Positions 1 to 10,633 are shown, counted from the stretch's first letter. The stretch: 64,000 nt of DNA from Parcubacteria group bacterium (GCA_028286615.1 JAQBRG010000003.1:83330-147329); one strand, 5' to 3'. Numbers and translations are program-made. The notes: generated by a model not told the origin, from the letters alone.

Positions 1-2242
1 TACCGCCTTCTGGATACTTAATCCGTGTAATGAGATCCGTAAGAGAGGTTGCGTTAGTATCGGCCGAGAATGTGTAGCTGCTGTCTTGGCGCATTGCCTT
101 CAGGAAGTCCATCACGCCATCTGAATCGATGTCCTCTATAAAGACTCCCTGGTCTGTTCCTCCGTTATTAAAAGCGTATGGAATCGTGTAGTCGGTTGTT
201 GTCGCAAAACCCGTACCTGTGTTCAACCAGACACCCGTACCGCCTGCCTCTCCAGTCCGTGACTGCACAAAGTCAACCATGCCGTCAGCGTTAATATCCA
301 TGAAGCGCACACCCAGATCGTCTCCATAAATGCGGGATATAGAGGCGGGTAGAACCCACGAAGTTTCTTCTGCCCAGCCCGTACCATCTCCCTTATTTAG
401 ATACACATGCCTATTGATGGTACCGTACTGGTCAGTGTAGGAAATAACTATATCAATAAGACCATCACTATTGATGTCTACGAGTCTCGTGGCATTTGTA
501 CCGTCAGCAAAGATTACTGGAATTGTATAATTTGTATCTTGAGTCCAGCCTGTTCCGTCTCCATTATTCAAATAGACCCTTTTAATAATTGTGCCGCCAT
601 CGTTATGAGACCGAAGCAGATCTGCATTGCCGTCTCCATTTACATCTCCGAAGCGCGTTCCCACATCACTTGAATTGCTGAATGGTTCAGGAATTGTAGA
701 GCTAGCCTGCAGGATCCATCCACCCATTTTATTATTTAAATATGTAGTGTTAGCAGACCCGGATGATGGATTCGAGTACGAGTGCAGCAGATCGGGATAC
801 TGATCTCCGTTTATATCGACAAACCGAACCCCCTCATCCGAACCATTGTTGCGTACAAAGATCTCAGGAATCGTCAGGGTACTGCTCGCAGTCCAACCAG
901 TTCCGTCGTGATTATTTAGATATACGGCTCTAGATTGGGTGCCGAAATCATCATAGGACTTCAGTAGGTCGACATACCCATCGTTATTAATATCTACAGG
1001 ACGCATACCTCGATCTCCTCCGTTCCAACTGAATATTTCAGGTATGGAGTAAGTACTACTTGCAACAAAAGCCCGAGTAGAAGTGGCGTATGTAAACTCG
1101 ATTGCCGGAAGTGTAGTGGTCGCACTAGACTCATCCGTTCCAGACTCAGTGACACTTTGAAGTAGTTTCTTTGCTCCATCATCGCCATTCGTGTAGCTCA
1201 GAGCATACGTGTGCACAGGAATGCCTCCCACTTTTGCTTGTATCTGACTTATATAGTATTTCGATGTGACGGGAAAACCGCTTGTGGTAGATGTGGCGAC
1301 ATCCGTGCGTGTAGAGCGTGTAAACTCAAGCGAGAGGTCACCGTCCGTGCTGCCGTTCCCTGTGTAACTAATACTTGCGGGGTAGATTTGGCCACTGTCT
1401 TTATAATAGGAATACTTAACGTAGTTGTCGTTTGCATCCCGAACCTCTTCAAGCATCCACTTATACACTTGAGCTGTGCTGGTCGCGTTATCCTGACGCG
1501 TTGAAGTCGCATACCCATACTTATAGGTCTTTCCTGCTTTATCCGTCGCTAACCACTGATTATTTGAGAACTCGTACTTTATAAAGTCACCGTTGTCTGC
1601 CTTCGCATAATAAGTTGTGCTCGCGGTTGATGTTGCAAGGTCTCCGGATAAAGAGGAGTAGAAATAATTACCTGAATACATATCCTCTACTCCTGTCTTG
1701 TTCGTGCGTTGAATGTACGGAATATCGATACTCCAACCCTGACCAAAGGTATTGGTTACCGAAGTATCTTGACTCGAGTATGTAAGAGTGTGCTTCGGCT
1801 CCATACCATTGCGTCCGGGAGGAGCAGTAATCTCATATCGGTAGACCAATGCCCCAGACGACCTGTCCGCTTCTGGGAGCTTTGCCTTCTCGATGGGTTC
1901 GTTCGCAATATACCCAGCCACTCCTGGAAGAAGAGCAGATTCCATCACTGGCGGATCAATTCCTTTTCCGTCTATAGTTTCTGGATTTACTTCTTTACCA
2001 GAATCCAGTGTCTCTGAGAAGTTGTTTTCCGTGCTACCTAAATCAGGGTTTGGCATTCCGAACACTTCTGTACCCGGGTTTATATCTGTGCCTTGCTCTG
2101 TAGGATCAGGAGTGTCAACCCTTTCCTCAGCTTGTACCACAGTACCAAAAGGAGAAAGAATAAAAGAAAAAAGAAGCGCCAAAGACACCGCTTTCTTAAG
2201 GAGTAGCATTCGTGCCGCCCATGTTGGGTGGTGTCTGTTCAT
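1..2242 (-). CDS. Partial N-terminal part of a large secreted SpvB/TcC-Rhs-like toxin. It has a signal peptide, an SpvB/TcaC N-terminal domain and at least six FG-GAP/VCBS repeats, and the C-terminus continues beyond the window start.
   Basis: My own reverse-strand translation from the ATG at 2240-2242: MNRHHPTWAARMLLLKKAVSLALLFSFILSPFGTVVQAEE, then ...YRYEITAPPGRNGMEPKHTLTYSS..GQGWSIDIPYIQR (SpvB-like), then repeated VDINNDGYVDLL / VDINGDQYPDLL / GDVNGDGNADLL / VDINSDGLIDIV / MDINADGMVDFV / EDIDSDGVMDFL (FG-GAP). Not in the ORF track because it has no in-window stop. Confidence 0.6.
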   Translation of the reverse strand, partial: MNRHHPTWAARMLLLKKAVSLALLFSFILSPFGTVVQAEERVDTPDPTEQGTDINPGTEVFGMPNPDLGSTENNFSETLDSGKEVNPETIDGKGIDPPVMESALLPGVAGYIANEPIEKAKLPEADRSSGALVYRYEITAPPGRNGMEPKHTLTYSSQDTSVTNTFGQGWSIDIPYIQRTNKTGVEDMYSGNYFYSSLSGDLATSTASTTYYAKADNGDFIKYEFSNNQWLATDKAGKTYKYGYATSTRQDNATSTAQVYKWMLEEVRDANDNYVKYSYYKDSGQIYPASISYTGNGSTDGDLSLEFTRSTRTDVATSTTSGFPVTSKYYISQIQAKVGGIPVHTYALSYTNGDDGAKKLLQSVTESGTDESSATTTLPAIEFTYATSTRAFVASSTYSIPEIFSWNGGDRGMRPVDINNDGYVDLLKSYDDFGTQSRAVYLNNHDGTGWTASSTLTIPEIFVRNNGSDEGVRFVDINGDQYPDLLHSYSNPSSGSANTTYLNNKMGGWILQASSTIPEPFSNSSDVGTRFGDVNGDGNADLLRSHNDGGTIIKRVYLNNGDGTGWTQDTNYTIPVIFADGTNATRLVDINSDGLIDIVISYTDQYGTINRHVYLNKGDGTGWAEETSWVLPASISRIYGDDLGVRFMDINADGMVDFVQSRTGEAGGTGVWLNTGTGFATTTDYTIPYAFNNGGTDQGVFIEDIDSDGVMDFLKAMRQDSSYTFSADTNATSLTDLITRIKYPEGG

Positions 2243-2441
2243 TGCCCGCGTACACGATCATGGTAACCCTATCTATAAAAGTAAGTAAAGGGCATTTACG
2301 AGAACAACTTTCGTATCGTTATTATTCGACCAGACTCATTTCTTAAGAACCGCGTGGGCAAGAATGAGGACTGTCGAACCTCAGAAACACCAACAGTCAC
2401 AAGGCTTTTTGAGGGCTTTGCGGCTGTTGGCTCTTCTTATG

Positions 2442-2514
2442 TGGACCCTAGCGGATTCGAACCGCTGACATCTTCATTGCAAATGAAGCGCTCTACCAAC
2501 TGAGCTAAGGGCCC
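2442..2514 (-). tRNA. tRNA-Ala (anticodon TGC)
   Basis: Reverse-strand cloverleaf GGGCCCTTAGCTCAGTTGGTAGAGCGCTTCATTTGCAATGAAG...GGTTCGAATCC...AGGGTCCA. G3:U70 Ala identity pair, anticodon loop TTTGCAA, CCA not encoded. Confidence 0.85.
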
Positions 2515-2583
2515 GTACGCTGTTCGTACGGAACTTATAGAATGTACCGTCTTTTAAAAAACGAGGCAAGTGGGAAAAGCGGA

Positions 2584-3576
2584 CTAGCGCTTCTTGCTAA
2601 TAGCGAGGTCTATAAGGTGCGAAAGGAACTCTGGGAAAGAAACTCCAACGGCAGCCAGAGACTTTGGAAGGAGAGATTCTCGAGTGAGGCCAGGAAGCGT
2701 ATTGGTTTCCAGATAGTACACACCCTTAGGAGAGATTATGAAATCTGAACGGGAATAATGCCTAAGACCTAGATGCTGGTGCATAGTCTTTGCAGCTTCC
2801 ATGAGGCTCTCAGACACATTCTTTGGAAAACGGCCTGGGCAGATCTCTTTAGTTGCTCCTGAATACTTAACATCGTACGAAAAGAATTCGGCATGTTCTG
2901 GAGGAACAATCTCAATAGGTGGAAGCATGTATATTGCTTCGTCTCGCATGTGTTCAACAACTCCAGCAGTTGCTTCAGTGCCTCGTATTAGTTCCTCAAC
3001 AAGGACACCTCCTGCACCTTCTTCTATAAGATTCGATATTGCTTGATACACGGGCAAGTATCCACCAACAATAGAAATACCCACAGACGATCCCCAACGT
3101 ATGGGCTTAACAACAACAGGTTGAGGAAAGGTGCGAATAATCTCTCGGGCAGCTATGTCCGCATCCATTCCTGGTTCAACCAAATAATACCTGGGGGTTA
3201 GAAGACCGGCTTCTCGTGCCTTCTCCTTAGCAAGCACTTTATGCATTGCGAGGTATGAACCAAAGGAATCTGAGCCCGTGAAAGGAACTCCATGACGCTC
3301 GAGAAGCTTCTGTACTTCCCCATCCTCTCCGTACTCTCCATGCAGTCCCACAACAACCACGTCAACAGAGCGAAGAATCGCCGATGGTTCTATCTTGCGT
3401 CCTCGTTCGTGCCAAGCTCCTTCCTTGTCTATGTAAATGTCACGAGTTGTATATCGTCCGTCTGGAAGATTGGAAAGAATGGCATGGCCGCTAGCGAGCG
3501 AGACTTCATGTTCGCGTGAAGGACCTCCTCGCAATACCCCAACAACAGTGCCGCGCATATGTTGAGAGTATAGCAA
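2584..3576 (-). CDS. ddl: D-alanine--D-alanine ligase (probable true start at the internal M7, MRGTVVGVLRGG, near 3558)
   Basis: ATP-grasp Ddl signature: N-terminal GVLRGGPSREHEVSL and end-to-end Ddl-like sequence in the 330-aa ORF. Confidence 0.85.
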   Translation of the reverse strand: MLYSQHMRGTVVGVLRGGPSREHEVSLASGHAILSNLPDGRYTTRDIYIDKEGAWHERGRKIEPSAILRSVDVVVVGLHGEYGEDGEVQKLLERHGVPFTGSDSFGSYLAMHKVLAKEKAREAGLLTPRYYLVEPGMDADIAAREIIRTFPQPVVVKPIRWGSSVGISIVGGYLPVYQAISNLIEEGAGGVLVEELIRGTEATAGVVEHMRDEAIYMLPPIEIVPPEHAEFFSYDVKYSGATKEICPGRFPKNVSESLMEAAKTMHQHLGLRHYSRSDFIISPKGVYYLETNTLPGLTRESLLPKSLAAVGVSFPEFLSHLIDLAISKKR

Positions 3577-3611
3577 AGGAAAAAGCTCGAAGCGTAGTAG
3601 TGCTTCGAGCT
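3575..3611 (-). terminator. Rho-independent terminator (minus strand) between the uvrC region and ddl
   Basis: Hairpin AGCTCGAAGC-GTAGTAGT-GCTTCGAGCT followed on the minus strand by a T-run. Confidence 0.5.
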
Positions 3612-3978
3612 TTGGTCCTGCATATGCAGGGATTGCCTTTGTGCGGGCAGGCTTGCCAGAGTTTGATCTGCGACTTCCCGTAATCAGTCGGTCTGGAGAT
3701 CTCTGTCAACTGAACTAGCGTGTTACCCAGTAGGCGTTTGCGAGCGGACATCCATCCGCTTGGGGCTGTGATGTAGAGTGTTGATTTTCGGCGCTTAGAG
3801 CGCGGGAATCATAACTTGAACTTGTACATGTGCGTTCCCTCTTTTGGCGAAGCGTGCGCTTTTTGTGAAGCCTGTCCCGTGAAAGCCGAATCCGTTAGAA
3901 ACGACTATGCCCATCTAAGTGAGCGCGACGGGCTGCAATGGCCATCACATCAATAGGATACATGTATATTTATATTTG

Positions 3979-5241
3979 TCAAGACGTGAGCCGCATGGCC
4001 TTAGTTCTGGCTTTTCTGTGATTCTTAAGAGAGAAGCGGTGTGCTTCAGAATTGGCGAGCACCGCATCTGCATCCGTTATGCCTGCACGAAGACTTCCGA
4101 GCACTTCTCTTGGTCTGTGCTTCTCGTCTTTAACAACGGCAACAACTGGTATGCCAACTCCCACATCCTTCAAGACATCTTCTGCCGCTTTCTTATGTGT
4201 CTTCCCTCCATCAACCACAAATGCCTTAGGAAGAGGCCATTCAGGGTGTCCCAGTCTGCGAGAAAGTATTTCTTTGAGAGAAGCGATGTCGTCATTCAGA
4301 GATTTGCCACCAGATCCTCGAATACGGAACGTGCGATACTCCTTCTTGTCTGCTAAGCCGTTCTCAACAACAACCATAACTCCAATAGCATTGGTGCCTG
4401 AGATGTGTGCAGTGTCATACGCTTCAATACGTGGTCCCAACTGATCGCTTCCCCTGTCTTCCTTTATAAGAGAGACGTCTTGTATGTGGTCTAGAGCAAA
4501 AAGCTGGCGTTTGATAAGATTTGCGTCTTCGAAGCGTTCTTCTTTGGCTGCCTGCTTCATGTCTTTTGTAAGGGTGGTGCGAAGTGCCTTAACGCGTCCA
4601 GAAAGGAACAGCGTTACGTTACGTATAGAACGCATGTAGTCGCTCTTTTCCATGTTGCGTGGGTACTGCCCAATCTGTTGGTTGAACTCAACCTTTGCTT
4701 GCGTATGCTTGTTCCCTTCGCCAACCGGCTTTGGTGTATCAAAGAAAGGAAAGATGCGTCGTATGAGACGAAGTCCTTCTCGGAGCTGGTACCCGCTTGG
4801 GAAAGGACCGTGTGTTGAACTGAGCTTTACTCCCGTTCTTGGGATTACGCACTCCTTAAAATCTATTTCTCCTCCACGAACAGCAAGTACTCGAGGAATA
4901 TATTCGTCTGTTACAACCGCATACAGGAATGTCTTATCGTCCTTGCCCATGGAGTTAGCATCTGGACGATGTTCACGTATAAGAGCCGCTTCACGCACGA
5001 GTGCCTCAAGCACGGTTGGCGTTGTCTCGTGCATAACACTGTCTGCTTTTGTAACCATATCCACAATACGAGGACCGCGAGTTGCGATGAGGTCGTCATC
5101 AAAATATGAGCGCACACGGTCACGCAAGGAAGTTGCCTTCCCAATATAAAGAATCTTCTTAGACTTCCCTTTGCCTTGGGTAAAGAGATACACCCCGGGA
5201 CAATCGGGGAGATCGAGTTTTGGTAAATCCGTGCGTTGCAT
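3979..5241 (-). CDS. uvrC: Excinuclease ABC subunit C, short form (GIY-YIG plus UvrB-interaction and endonuclease domains; no C-terminal HhH)
   Basis: N-terminal GIY-YIG block LPDCPGVYLF...ILYIGKATSLRDRVRSYF; 420 aa. Confidence 0.75.
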   Translation of the reverse strand: MQRTDLPKLDLPDCPGVYLFTQGKGKSKKILYIGKATSLRDRVRSYFDDDLIATRGPRIVDMVTKADSVMHETTPTVLEALVREAALIREHRPDANSMGKDDKTFLYAVVTDEYIPRVLAVRGGEIDFKECVIPRTGVKLSSTHGPFPSGYQLREGLRLIRRIFPFFDTPKPVGEGNKHTQAKVEFNQQIGQYPRNMEKSDYMRSIRNVTLFLSGRVKALRTTLTKDMKQAAKEERFEDANLIKRQLFALDHIQDVSLIKEDRGSDQLGPRIEAYDTAHISGTNAIGVMVVVENGLADKKEYRTFRIRGSGGKSLNDDIASLKEILSRRLGHPEWPLPKAFVVDGGKTHKKAAEDVLKDVGVGIPVVAVVKDEKHRPREVLGSLRAGITDADAVLANSEAHRFSLKNHRKARTKAMRLTS

Positions 5242-5309
5242 GTAAGAAGTGTGCAGTATTAGTACAAAAAAGAAAGTCCCGGTGCCAATTGGCCCCGGGA
5301 CTCGCCGTG

Positions 5310-6170
5310 TCAGGCAGATTCTGTAATAGGTATGAAAGATCTAAACCCGCTCACGTATTGTTGAAGATCGCTGCTCGACCACTTCTTGCGAGGAATGGTG
5401 TTCCATCCCAGGTTGGTTAGCGCGTCGTATGGGTTTTCTGGATTTACAAACCGCATTCGCACGAAACGTTCCGCACAAGTGCCGTCTCCCACCTCTCGCG
5501 TATATTCGATAATGCGGCAGTTGCGGATACGCGTCTGCTCGTTCTGGTTCAACATCGCTTCGCGCAGTTGTTGTGGCATCCAACGCTCAAGCACCGTGCG
5601 CCACACCCACATCGTTTCGCCATGAGTCACGGCGACGACATGATGCTGAGCACAGTCCCGATGAAGGGTTGAGTTCATGTCCCGCAGACGAGAGAAAACG
5701 TCCTGAAACGTTTCGCCGTTGGTTGGGCGCCAGAAGAAGGCGTGCTCTTTTCGAAGCTCCAACTGTTCTTTGAACTGGGCCACACGCTCGCCGTAGGGCA
5801 TTTGGTCAAACTCGCCCCAGTTACGTTCCATAAGGCGTGCGTCGATCTTCCAATCGTCACCGAAGCCAAGATTTGCAGCGGTTTCCATGGCTCGGATATA
5901 GGGAGAAACGTAAAAGCGTTGCAAGCCCGTAGTAAGGTGATTTGCTTGCAGCCACTCGCCAGCGGCTTTCGCTTGCCTGATACCGAGTGGTGTCAGCCGA
6001 CGCTCTGAAGTGTGCACCTTCATGAGCTCGTTTTCTGTAGCGAGCACCTCTCCGTGTTCGAACATGGATTTCGCGAGATTGCTCTCGGATTCACCGTGAC
6101 GCACCAGCGCCAATCTGATTGGCAGGGTCATTACAAGGTACTCCTTCTTTTTGCTGTAGGTTCTGCACAC
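5310..6170 (-). CDS. Histidine phosphatase superfamily protein (phosphoglycerate-mutase-like). Likely start at the internal MTLPIRLALVRHGES.
   Basis: RHG motif LVRHGESESN. Confidence 0.7.
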   Translation of the reverse strand: MCRTYSKKKEYLVMTLPIRLALVRHGESESNLAKSMFEHGEVLATENELMKVHTSERRLTPLGIRQAKAAGEWLQANHLTTGLQRFYVSPYIRAMETAANLGFGDDWKIDARLMERNWGEFDQMPYGERVAQFKEQLELRKEHAFFWRPTNGETFQDVFSRLRDMNSTLHRDCAQHHVVAVTHGETMWVWRTVLERWMPQQLREAMLNQNEQTRIRNCRIIEYTREVGDGTCAERFVRMRFVNPENPYDALTNLGWNTIPRKKWSSSDLQQYVSGFRSFIPITESA

Positions 6171-6297
6171 ACAGTACCCTCCTAGACATAAAAAGCAAAG
6201 TCTGTTCTATTCTGCAACACAACGTACTGTAATTTACATAATCTTGACTGACTGTCTAACAAAGGTACTGTAATCCTAGGTTAACTGGAGAGACGAC

Positions 6298-6633
6298 ATG
6301 GACCTTCCAATGGGATTGCTGCTCCTTCGGAAACTGATGCAGCGGGAACACGAATTAGACATCAAGACTATTGACGACCCTAAGATGCAAGAATTTCTTT
6401 CCGGCCTCGTGGCTCTAAAGAAAGTTCGATACGACTTCGTGTTTGAATACGGAATAGCTGAGTTGGTTAATCCTAATGATGAGTTGTTCGAGGAATGTGA
6501 ACTGGGCGGTTTGCCCTGCGATTACATCAGAATCAATGTGGGTCCGCCAGCAGGAGCTCGTGCGTTTACCCTCAAGATATTCTGCAACGATCTTGATTGG
6601 ACGAGTGAGCTGAAATGGCTAGACCCCGAGTAG
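6298..6633 (+). CDS. Hypothetical protein (111 aa)
   Basis: ORF with upstream AGGAG-like site (ctggagagacgacATG) and a downstream hairpin terminator. Confidence 0.45.
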   Translation: MDLPMGLLLLRKLMQREHELDIKTIDDPKMQEFLSGLVALKKVRYDFVFEYGIAELVNPNDELFEECELGGLPCDYIRINVGPPAGARAFTLKIFCNDLDWTSELKWLDPE

Positions 6634-6646
6634 CAGACCTTAGGTC

Positions 6647-6690
6647 AGTGCGGTATGAGAGAAATCTTGTACCGCACTAATTTTATTTAT
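6647..6690 (+). terminator. Rho-independent terminator
   Basis: AGTGCGGTA...TACCGCACT hairpin followed by AATTTTATTTAT. Confidence 0.55.
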
Positions 6691-6756
6691 AAATTTGACT
6701 ATCCAGACTGTTGTTATATGGTTGAACTAGTTTGAACATCAACGCTGGAGAGTGGT

Positions 6757-7188
6757 ATGGGAATTTTCAATCTGAGTGGGTCTACAAAGACCCAGAAGAT
6801 CGTTAAGGCAATGGAGCCGCTCTTTGTCGAAAGGAATGGCAGAAGAGTGTTAGGAAAAATTCGCGTCGAGACTCTATTGAAAGGAAAGAACGTCCAGTTC
6901 TCGATAACAGCCAATATGGGCAGCCATGATGGACCTGTGTTGGATCTGAAGAAAGGTGTAGACTACCCTGACGACGATCGTGCTCGAGAAACCCTGCTCG
7001 TGCTCGCGCCTTTCAGTGACGGAGCAATTGCTGAGGCTATATTTAATGGCTTCGCGTGGAATTATCTGACTTCTATGGGTCGAGGCACGGGGCCTGAAGG
7101 TGACTACTGCGAACATTCCATTGGCAATGAGAACTTCGCGAGAGAGTCGGTAGCATCAATTGCCAAGTTAGCAGATAAAATACGCTAA
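6757..7188 (+). CDS. Hypothetical protein (143 aa)
   Basis: ORF preceded by TTGACT-N16/17-TATGGT and GGAGAG, followed by a bidirectional terminator. Confidence 0.45.
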   Translation: MGIFNLSGSTKTQKIVKAMEPLFVERNGRRVLGKIRVETLLKGKNVQFSITANMGSHDGPVLDLKKGVDYPDDDRARETLLVLAPFSDGAIAEAIFNGFAWNYLTSMGRGTGPEGDYCEHSIGNENFARESVASIAKLADKIR

Positions 7189-7194
7189 AGTGTT

Positions 7195-7232
7195 TCATTA
7201 GGGACAGATTTAATCTGTCCCTAATCCTTTTT
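7195..7232. terminator. Bidirectional rho-independent terminator
   Basis: TAGGGACAGAT-TTAA-TCTGTCCCTA with an A-run before and a T-run after. Confidence 0.6.
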
Positions 7233-9896
7233 ATTCTTCTTCGCCTTCTTAAGCATCTTCAATAGGTACTCTCCTGTATGAGATCCTGGGGTATCTGCAA
7301 CTTCTTCAGGAGTACCTTTAGCTACAATCTTTCCTCCTCCGTTTCCTCCTTCAGGACCGAAGTCTATGAGATAGTCTGAGGACTTAACCACATCCAAGTT
7401 GTGCTCGATAACAACAACCGTGTTGCCACGACGAACAAGCTCCTGAAGTATTTCAATAAGCTTTCGAACGTCTTCGTAGTGAAGTCCAACCGTAGGCTCA
7501 TCGAGAAGATAAATGGTCTTCATCGTTGTGGGACGGTAAAGCTCCGAAGCAATCTTCACGCGCTGTGCCTCTCCTCCTGAAAGGGTTGTGGCGCTCTGTC
7601 CAAGCGTTAGGTATTCAAGACCAGTAGCATTAAGACTCTGAAGGCGTTCCTGTACTGAAGGAATGTCCTCAAAGAACTTCTCAGCTTCTTCAACTGTCAT
7701 CTGGAGTACTTCGTGGATGTTCTTGCCACGGAAAGTAACCTCAAGCGTCTCTTTCATGAACCTGGTTCCGTTACATACGTCACAGGTTACATACACAGTT
7801 GGAAGGAAATGCATCTCAACAGCAATAACGCCATTTCCCTGACACGCTTCGCAGCGGCCTCCAGCAACATTGAATGAAAAGCGTCCGGGCTTCCAGCCAC
7901 GTGCACGCGCTTCGCTAGCTGACGCAAAGAGATCGCGAATGTGTGTAAATGCTCCTGTGTAGGTAGCAGGGTTAGAACGAGGAGTTCGTCCAATAGCAGA
8001 CTGGTCTATGAGTACTACGCGTCCCACGTACTCCGTACCCGTCATGCTTGCTACATGCTCAAGCTTTGTTTCGCGCTTTGCAAAGCGGGCTGCAATATTC
8101 TTGTGGAGGATGTCGTAGAGGAAGGTAGATTTTCCTGAACCAGACACGCCTGTTATGCAGACAAGCTTTCCTAGAGGAATATCAACATTCTGGTTCTTAA
8201 GGTTGTGCAGTGTTGCTCCACGCACCTTAATACTTCCCTTTTCTGCGGTACGACGTTCTTCAGGTATCTCAATCTCAGTTTCTCCACGAAGATATGAAAG
8301 TGTTAAGGAACCAGTATCGTTCTTAGGAGCTGTGAGAAGTTCTTCGAGCCATCCTTCTGCAACAATCTTTCCTCCATGAGTTCCTGCACCGGGACCAATG
8401 TCGAGAATGTAGTCTGCCGCGTAGATAGTGTCTTCGTCATGCTCAACAACAAGAATGGTGTTGCCCAGCTCTTTAAGCGTTAGGAGCGTTTTGATAAGAC
8501 GATCGTTATCTCGTTGGTGGAGTCCGATGGTTGGCTCATCAAGTACATAGAGCGCTCCTACGAGTCCCGTACCAAGCTGGGACGCAAGACGAATACGCTG
8601 AGCCTCTCCTCCTGAGAGTGTTGCTGCAGAGCGATTGAGCGTTAGATAATCCAGACCCACGTTAAGCATGAAATCGAGACGCGAGGTAATCTCGCGAATG
8701 ATAGGACGTGCAATTTCCATGCGCATCTCAGAGAGCTCGAGCGTGTCCATGAACTCCTTCGCGTTTCGAATGGAGAAGTTAGTGAAGTCCACCACGTTCA
8801 TACCAAGTGGGTGGTCTTTAGGATTCTTTTTTTGAGGAATGTACACGCGGAGTGCTTCAGGACGAAGGCGCTTTCCTTCGCAAACTGGACATGGCTCGTC
8901 TGAGAACAAAGACTTGGTACCAAGTCCGTTACAGTGCGGGCAAGCTCCATACGGACTATTGAAAGAGAAGAGGCGGGGCTCAACCTCAGGGAAAGACATG
9001 CCATCGTCCGGACATATAAACTTCGAAGAGAGGGTCTCTGATGTTCCGTCTGCGTGCTTCAACTTCACCAGTCCATCGCTTTCCTTAAGAGCTAGTTCTA
9101 GAGCCTCTGAGAGGCGCTCCCGGGCTGTATCCGGGTTCTTTGTGAACTCTGAGACGTAGATACTATCTACGATTGCATCGATGTCATGGCGCTTGTTTCG
9201 GTCGAGGGTAACCTTCTCGCGAAGGGCGTGCATGTTGCCGTCTATAAGCACTCGCTCGTATCCCTTTCCGAGAAGATCGTAGAGAAGTTGGTAGTACTCC
9301 CCTTTGCGTCCAACCACTACTGGCGCGTAGATAGTTACAGCACTCTTGTCTACAGCAACACCCATAACCTGTTCCCCATTAGCTCCTGAGCGTGCGGAGA
9401 TCTTGTCGAACACAATACGAATCATCTCTTCCTTAGAGAGTTTAGAAATGGGCACATCATGCTCGGTACAGTATGGCTGTCCTGCGCGCGCGTAGAGAAC
9501 ACGGAGATAGTCATAGATCTCTGTAACGGTAGCAACCGTTGAGCGCGGGTTATTCGAACGACTCTTCTGGTCTATAGAAATAGCGGGAGAGAGACCGGTG
9601 ATCTCATCAACATCAGGCTTTTGCATCTGGTTAAGGAACTGGCGAGCATACGCTGAGAGAGACTCAACGTAGCGACGCTGCCCTTCGGCAAAGATAGTAT
9701 CGAAAGCGAACGAAGACTTACCAGAGCCTGAAAGACCTGTAACTACGGTCATAGCACCCCGAGGAAACTCAGTAGAAATGTTCTTAAGGTTATGTGTTCG
9801 TGCACCCTTTACACGTATCCATTCCCCGCCCGTATGCTGCTCATGGTGCACTTCTGCTTTTTTTGGTTTGGCCATTATGGAAAGGTCCCAGTCCAT
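7221..9896 (-). CDS. uvrA: Excinuclease ABC subunit A
   Basis: [10 protein letters not shown]...[38 protein letters not shown], two ABC modules and zinc-finger cysteines; 891 aa. Confidence 0.95.
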   Translation of the reverse strand: MDWDLSIMAKPKKAEVHHEQHTGGEWIRVKGARTHNLKNISTEFPRGAMTVVTGLSGSGKSSFAFDTIFAEGQRRYVESLSAYARQFLNQMQKPDVDEITGLSPAISIDQKSRSNNPRSTVATVTEIYDYLRVLYARAGQPYCTEHDVPISKLSKEEMIRIVFDKISARSGANGEQVMGVAVDKSAVTIYAPVVVGRKGEYYQLLYDLLGKGYERVLIDGNMHALREKVTLDRNKRHDIDAIVDSIYVSEFTKNPDTARERLSEALELALKESDGLVKLKHADGTSETLSSKFICPDDGMSFPEVEPRLFSFNSPYGACPHCNGLGTKSLFSDEPCPVCEGKRLRPEALRVYIPQKKNPKDHPLGMNVVDFTNFSIRNAKEFMDTLELSEMRMEIARPIIREITSRLDFMLNVGLDYLTLNRSAATLSGGEAQRIRLASQLGTGLVGALYVLDEPTIGLHQRDNDRLIKTLLTLKELGNTILVVEHDEDTIYAADYILDIGPGAGTHGGKIVAEGWLEELLTAPKNDTGSLTLSYLRGETEIEIPEERRTAEKGSIKVRGATLHNLKNQNVDIPLGKLVCITGVSGSGKSTFLYDILHKNIAARFAKRETKLEHVASMTGTEYVGRVVLIDQSAIGRTPRSNPATYTGAFTHIRDLFASASEARARGWKPGRFSFNVAGGRCEACQGNGVIAVEMHFLPTVYVTCDVCNGTRFMKETLEVTFRGKNIHEVLQMTVEEAEKFFEDIPSVQERLQSLNATGLEYLTLGQSATTLSGGEAQRVKIASELYRPTTMKTIYLLDEPTVGLHYEDVRKLIEILQELVRRGNTVVVIEHNLDVVKSSDYLIDFGPEGGNGGGKIVAKGTPEEVADTPGSHTGEYLLKMLKKAKKNKKD

Positions 9897-10054
9897 GGAG
9901 GGACTGGTACGTTATGAATATAGCACTTTACCCAAAGATTGTGTGAACTTGTGTGTTGTTCGATATTTAGTCTCCTGACAAGTTTAAATAAAATGAAAAG
10001 AGCCTCGCGATGTGGAAGTCGGGTGACTCTTTCCACTGCGAAGCTCAGGTAAGA

Positions 10055-10633
10055 CTATTGGCGGGTTGGCGCGTCGAGGAACAAAACGGTATTGAAGGGG
10101 ATGTTAGGGAACTCATCGAGATAAACGTCTGAGCTGGCGCCGCCGACCCTCATTCGATTAACAGTGTAGGTTTCGCCGAAGGTCAGATGGCGTAATGCAT
10201 GCTCTCTGTCGGATTCGCCTCCGTGACGCTCAAGGAGGGCAAAGACCACTCGGTCTCCCTTAGAGGCCTCGAGATTCATTGTTGGTGAACCTCGCACGTA
10301 ATGTTCAAGAAGTGCACGAATCACGTCGTTCTTTTCGTCAAAGCCCAGAAATGGACCGAAGAATTGACGCCACTGATCGATACTTGCTATAACACCGTTG
10401 ATTTCCAGAGTGTCGCTGTGCAGATTGCCAGTCTGCTCGTCGTCGAAATAGACTTCGAGTCTTTGGTCACAGCACCCGCAGCGAACCAAATGGCGCGGCA
10501 GCTGCTTACCTCTCTTGATAGGTCGCCCAGCCCGTGTGGTGACGCGAAGCGGCAACATCATGCTTCCAGGTCCACGATCCTCTATCTTCCTGACTTTGGG
10601 CATTGCTGCCTCCCTTGCTGAAATGTGCAACAA
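10055..10633 (-). CDS. Hypothetical protein in a GC-rich islet (192 aa)
   Basis: ORF with markedly elevated GC (about 55-60%) and GC3-rich codons compared with its neighbours. Confidence 0.45.
   Translation of the reverse strand: MLHISAREAAMPKVRKIEDRGPGSMMLPLRVTTRAGRPIKRGKQLPRHLVRCGCCDQRLEVYFDDEQTGNLHSDTLEINGVIASIDQWRQFFGPFLGFDEKNDVIRALLEHYVRGSPTMNLEASKGDRVVFALLERHGGESDREHALRHLTFGETYTVNRMRVGGASSDVYLDEFPNIPFNTVLFLDAPTRQ

Noticed and set aside
3506-3751. 81-aa minus-strand ORF in the uvrC-ddl spacer
   Set aside because: It spans the terminator hairpin and the ddl start region, and has no ribosome-binding site. It is more likely non-coding.
3623-3978. RNase P RNA or tmRNA in the 400-nt spacer
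   Set aside because: It has no AGGAAAGUCCGGGC P4 element, and no tRNA-like T-arm or acceptor pairing. Only a short CUGGGUAACA-like match is present, so it is kept only as an unclassified ncRNA candidate.
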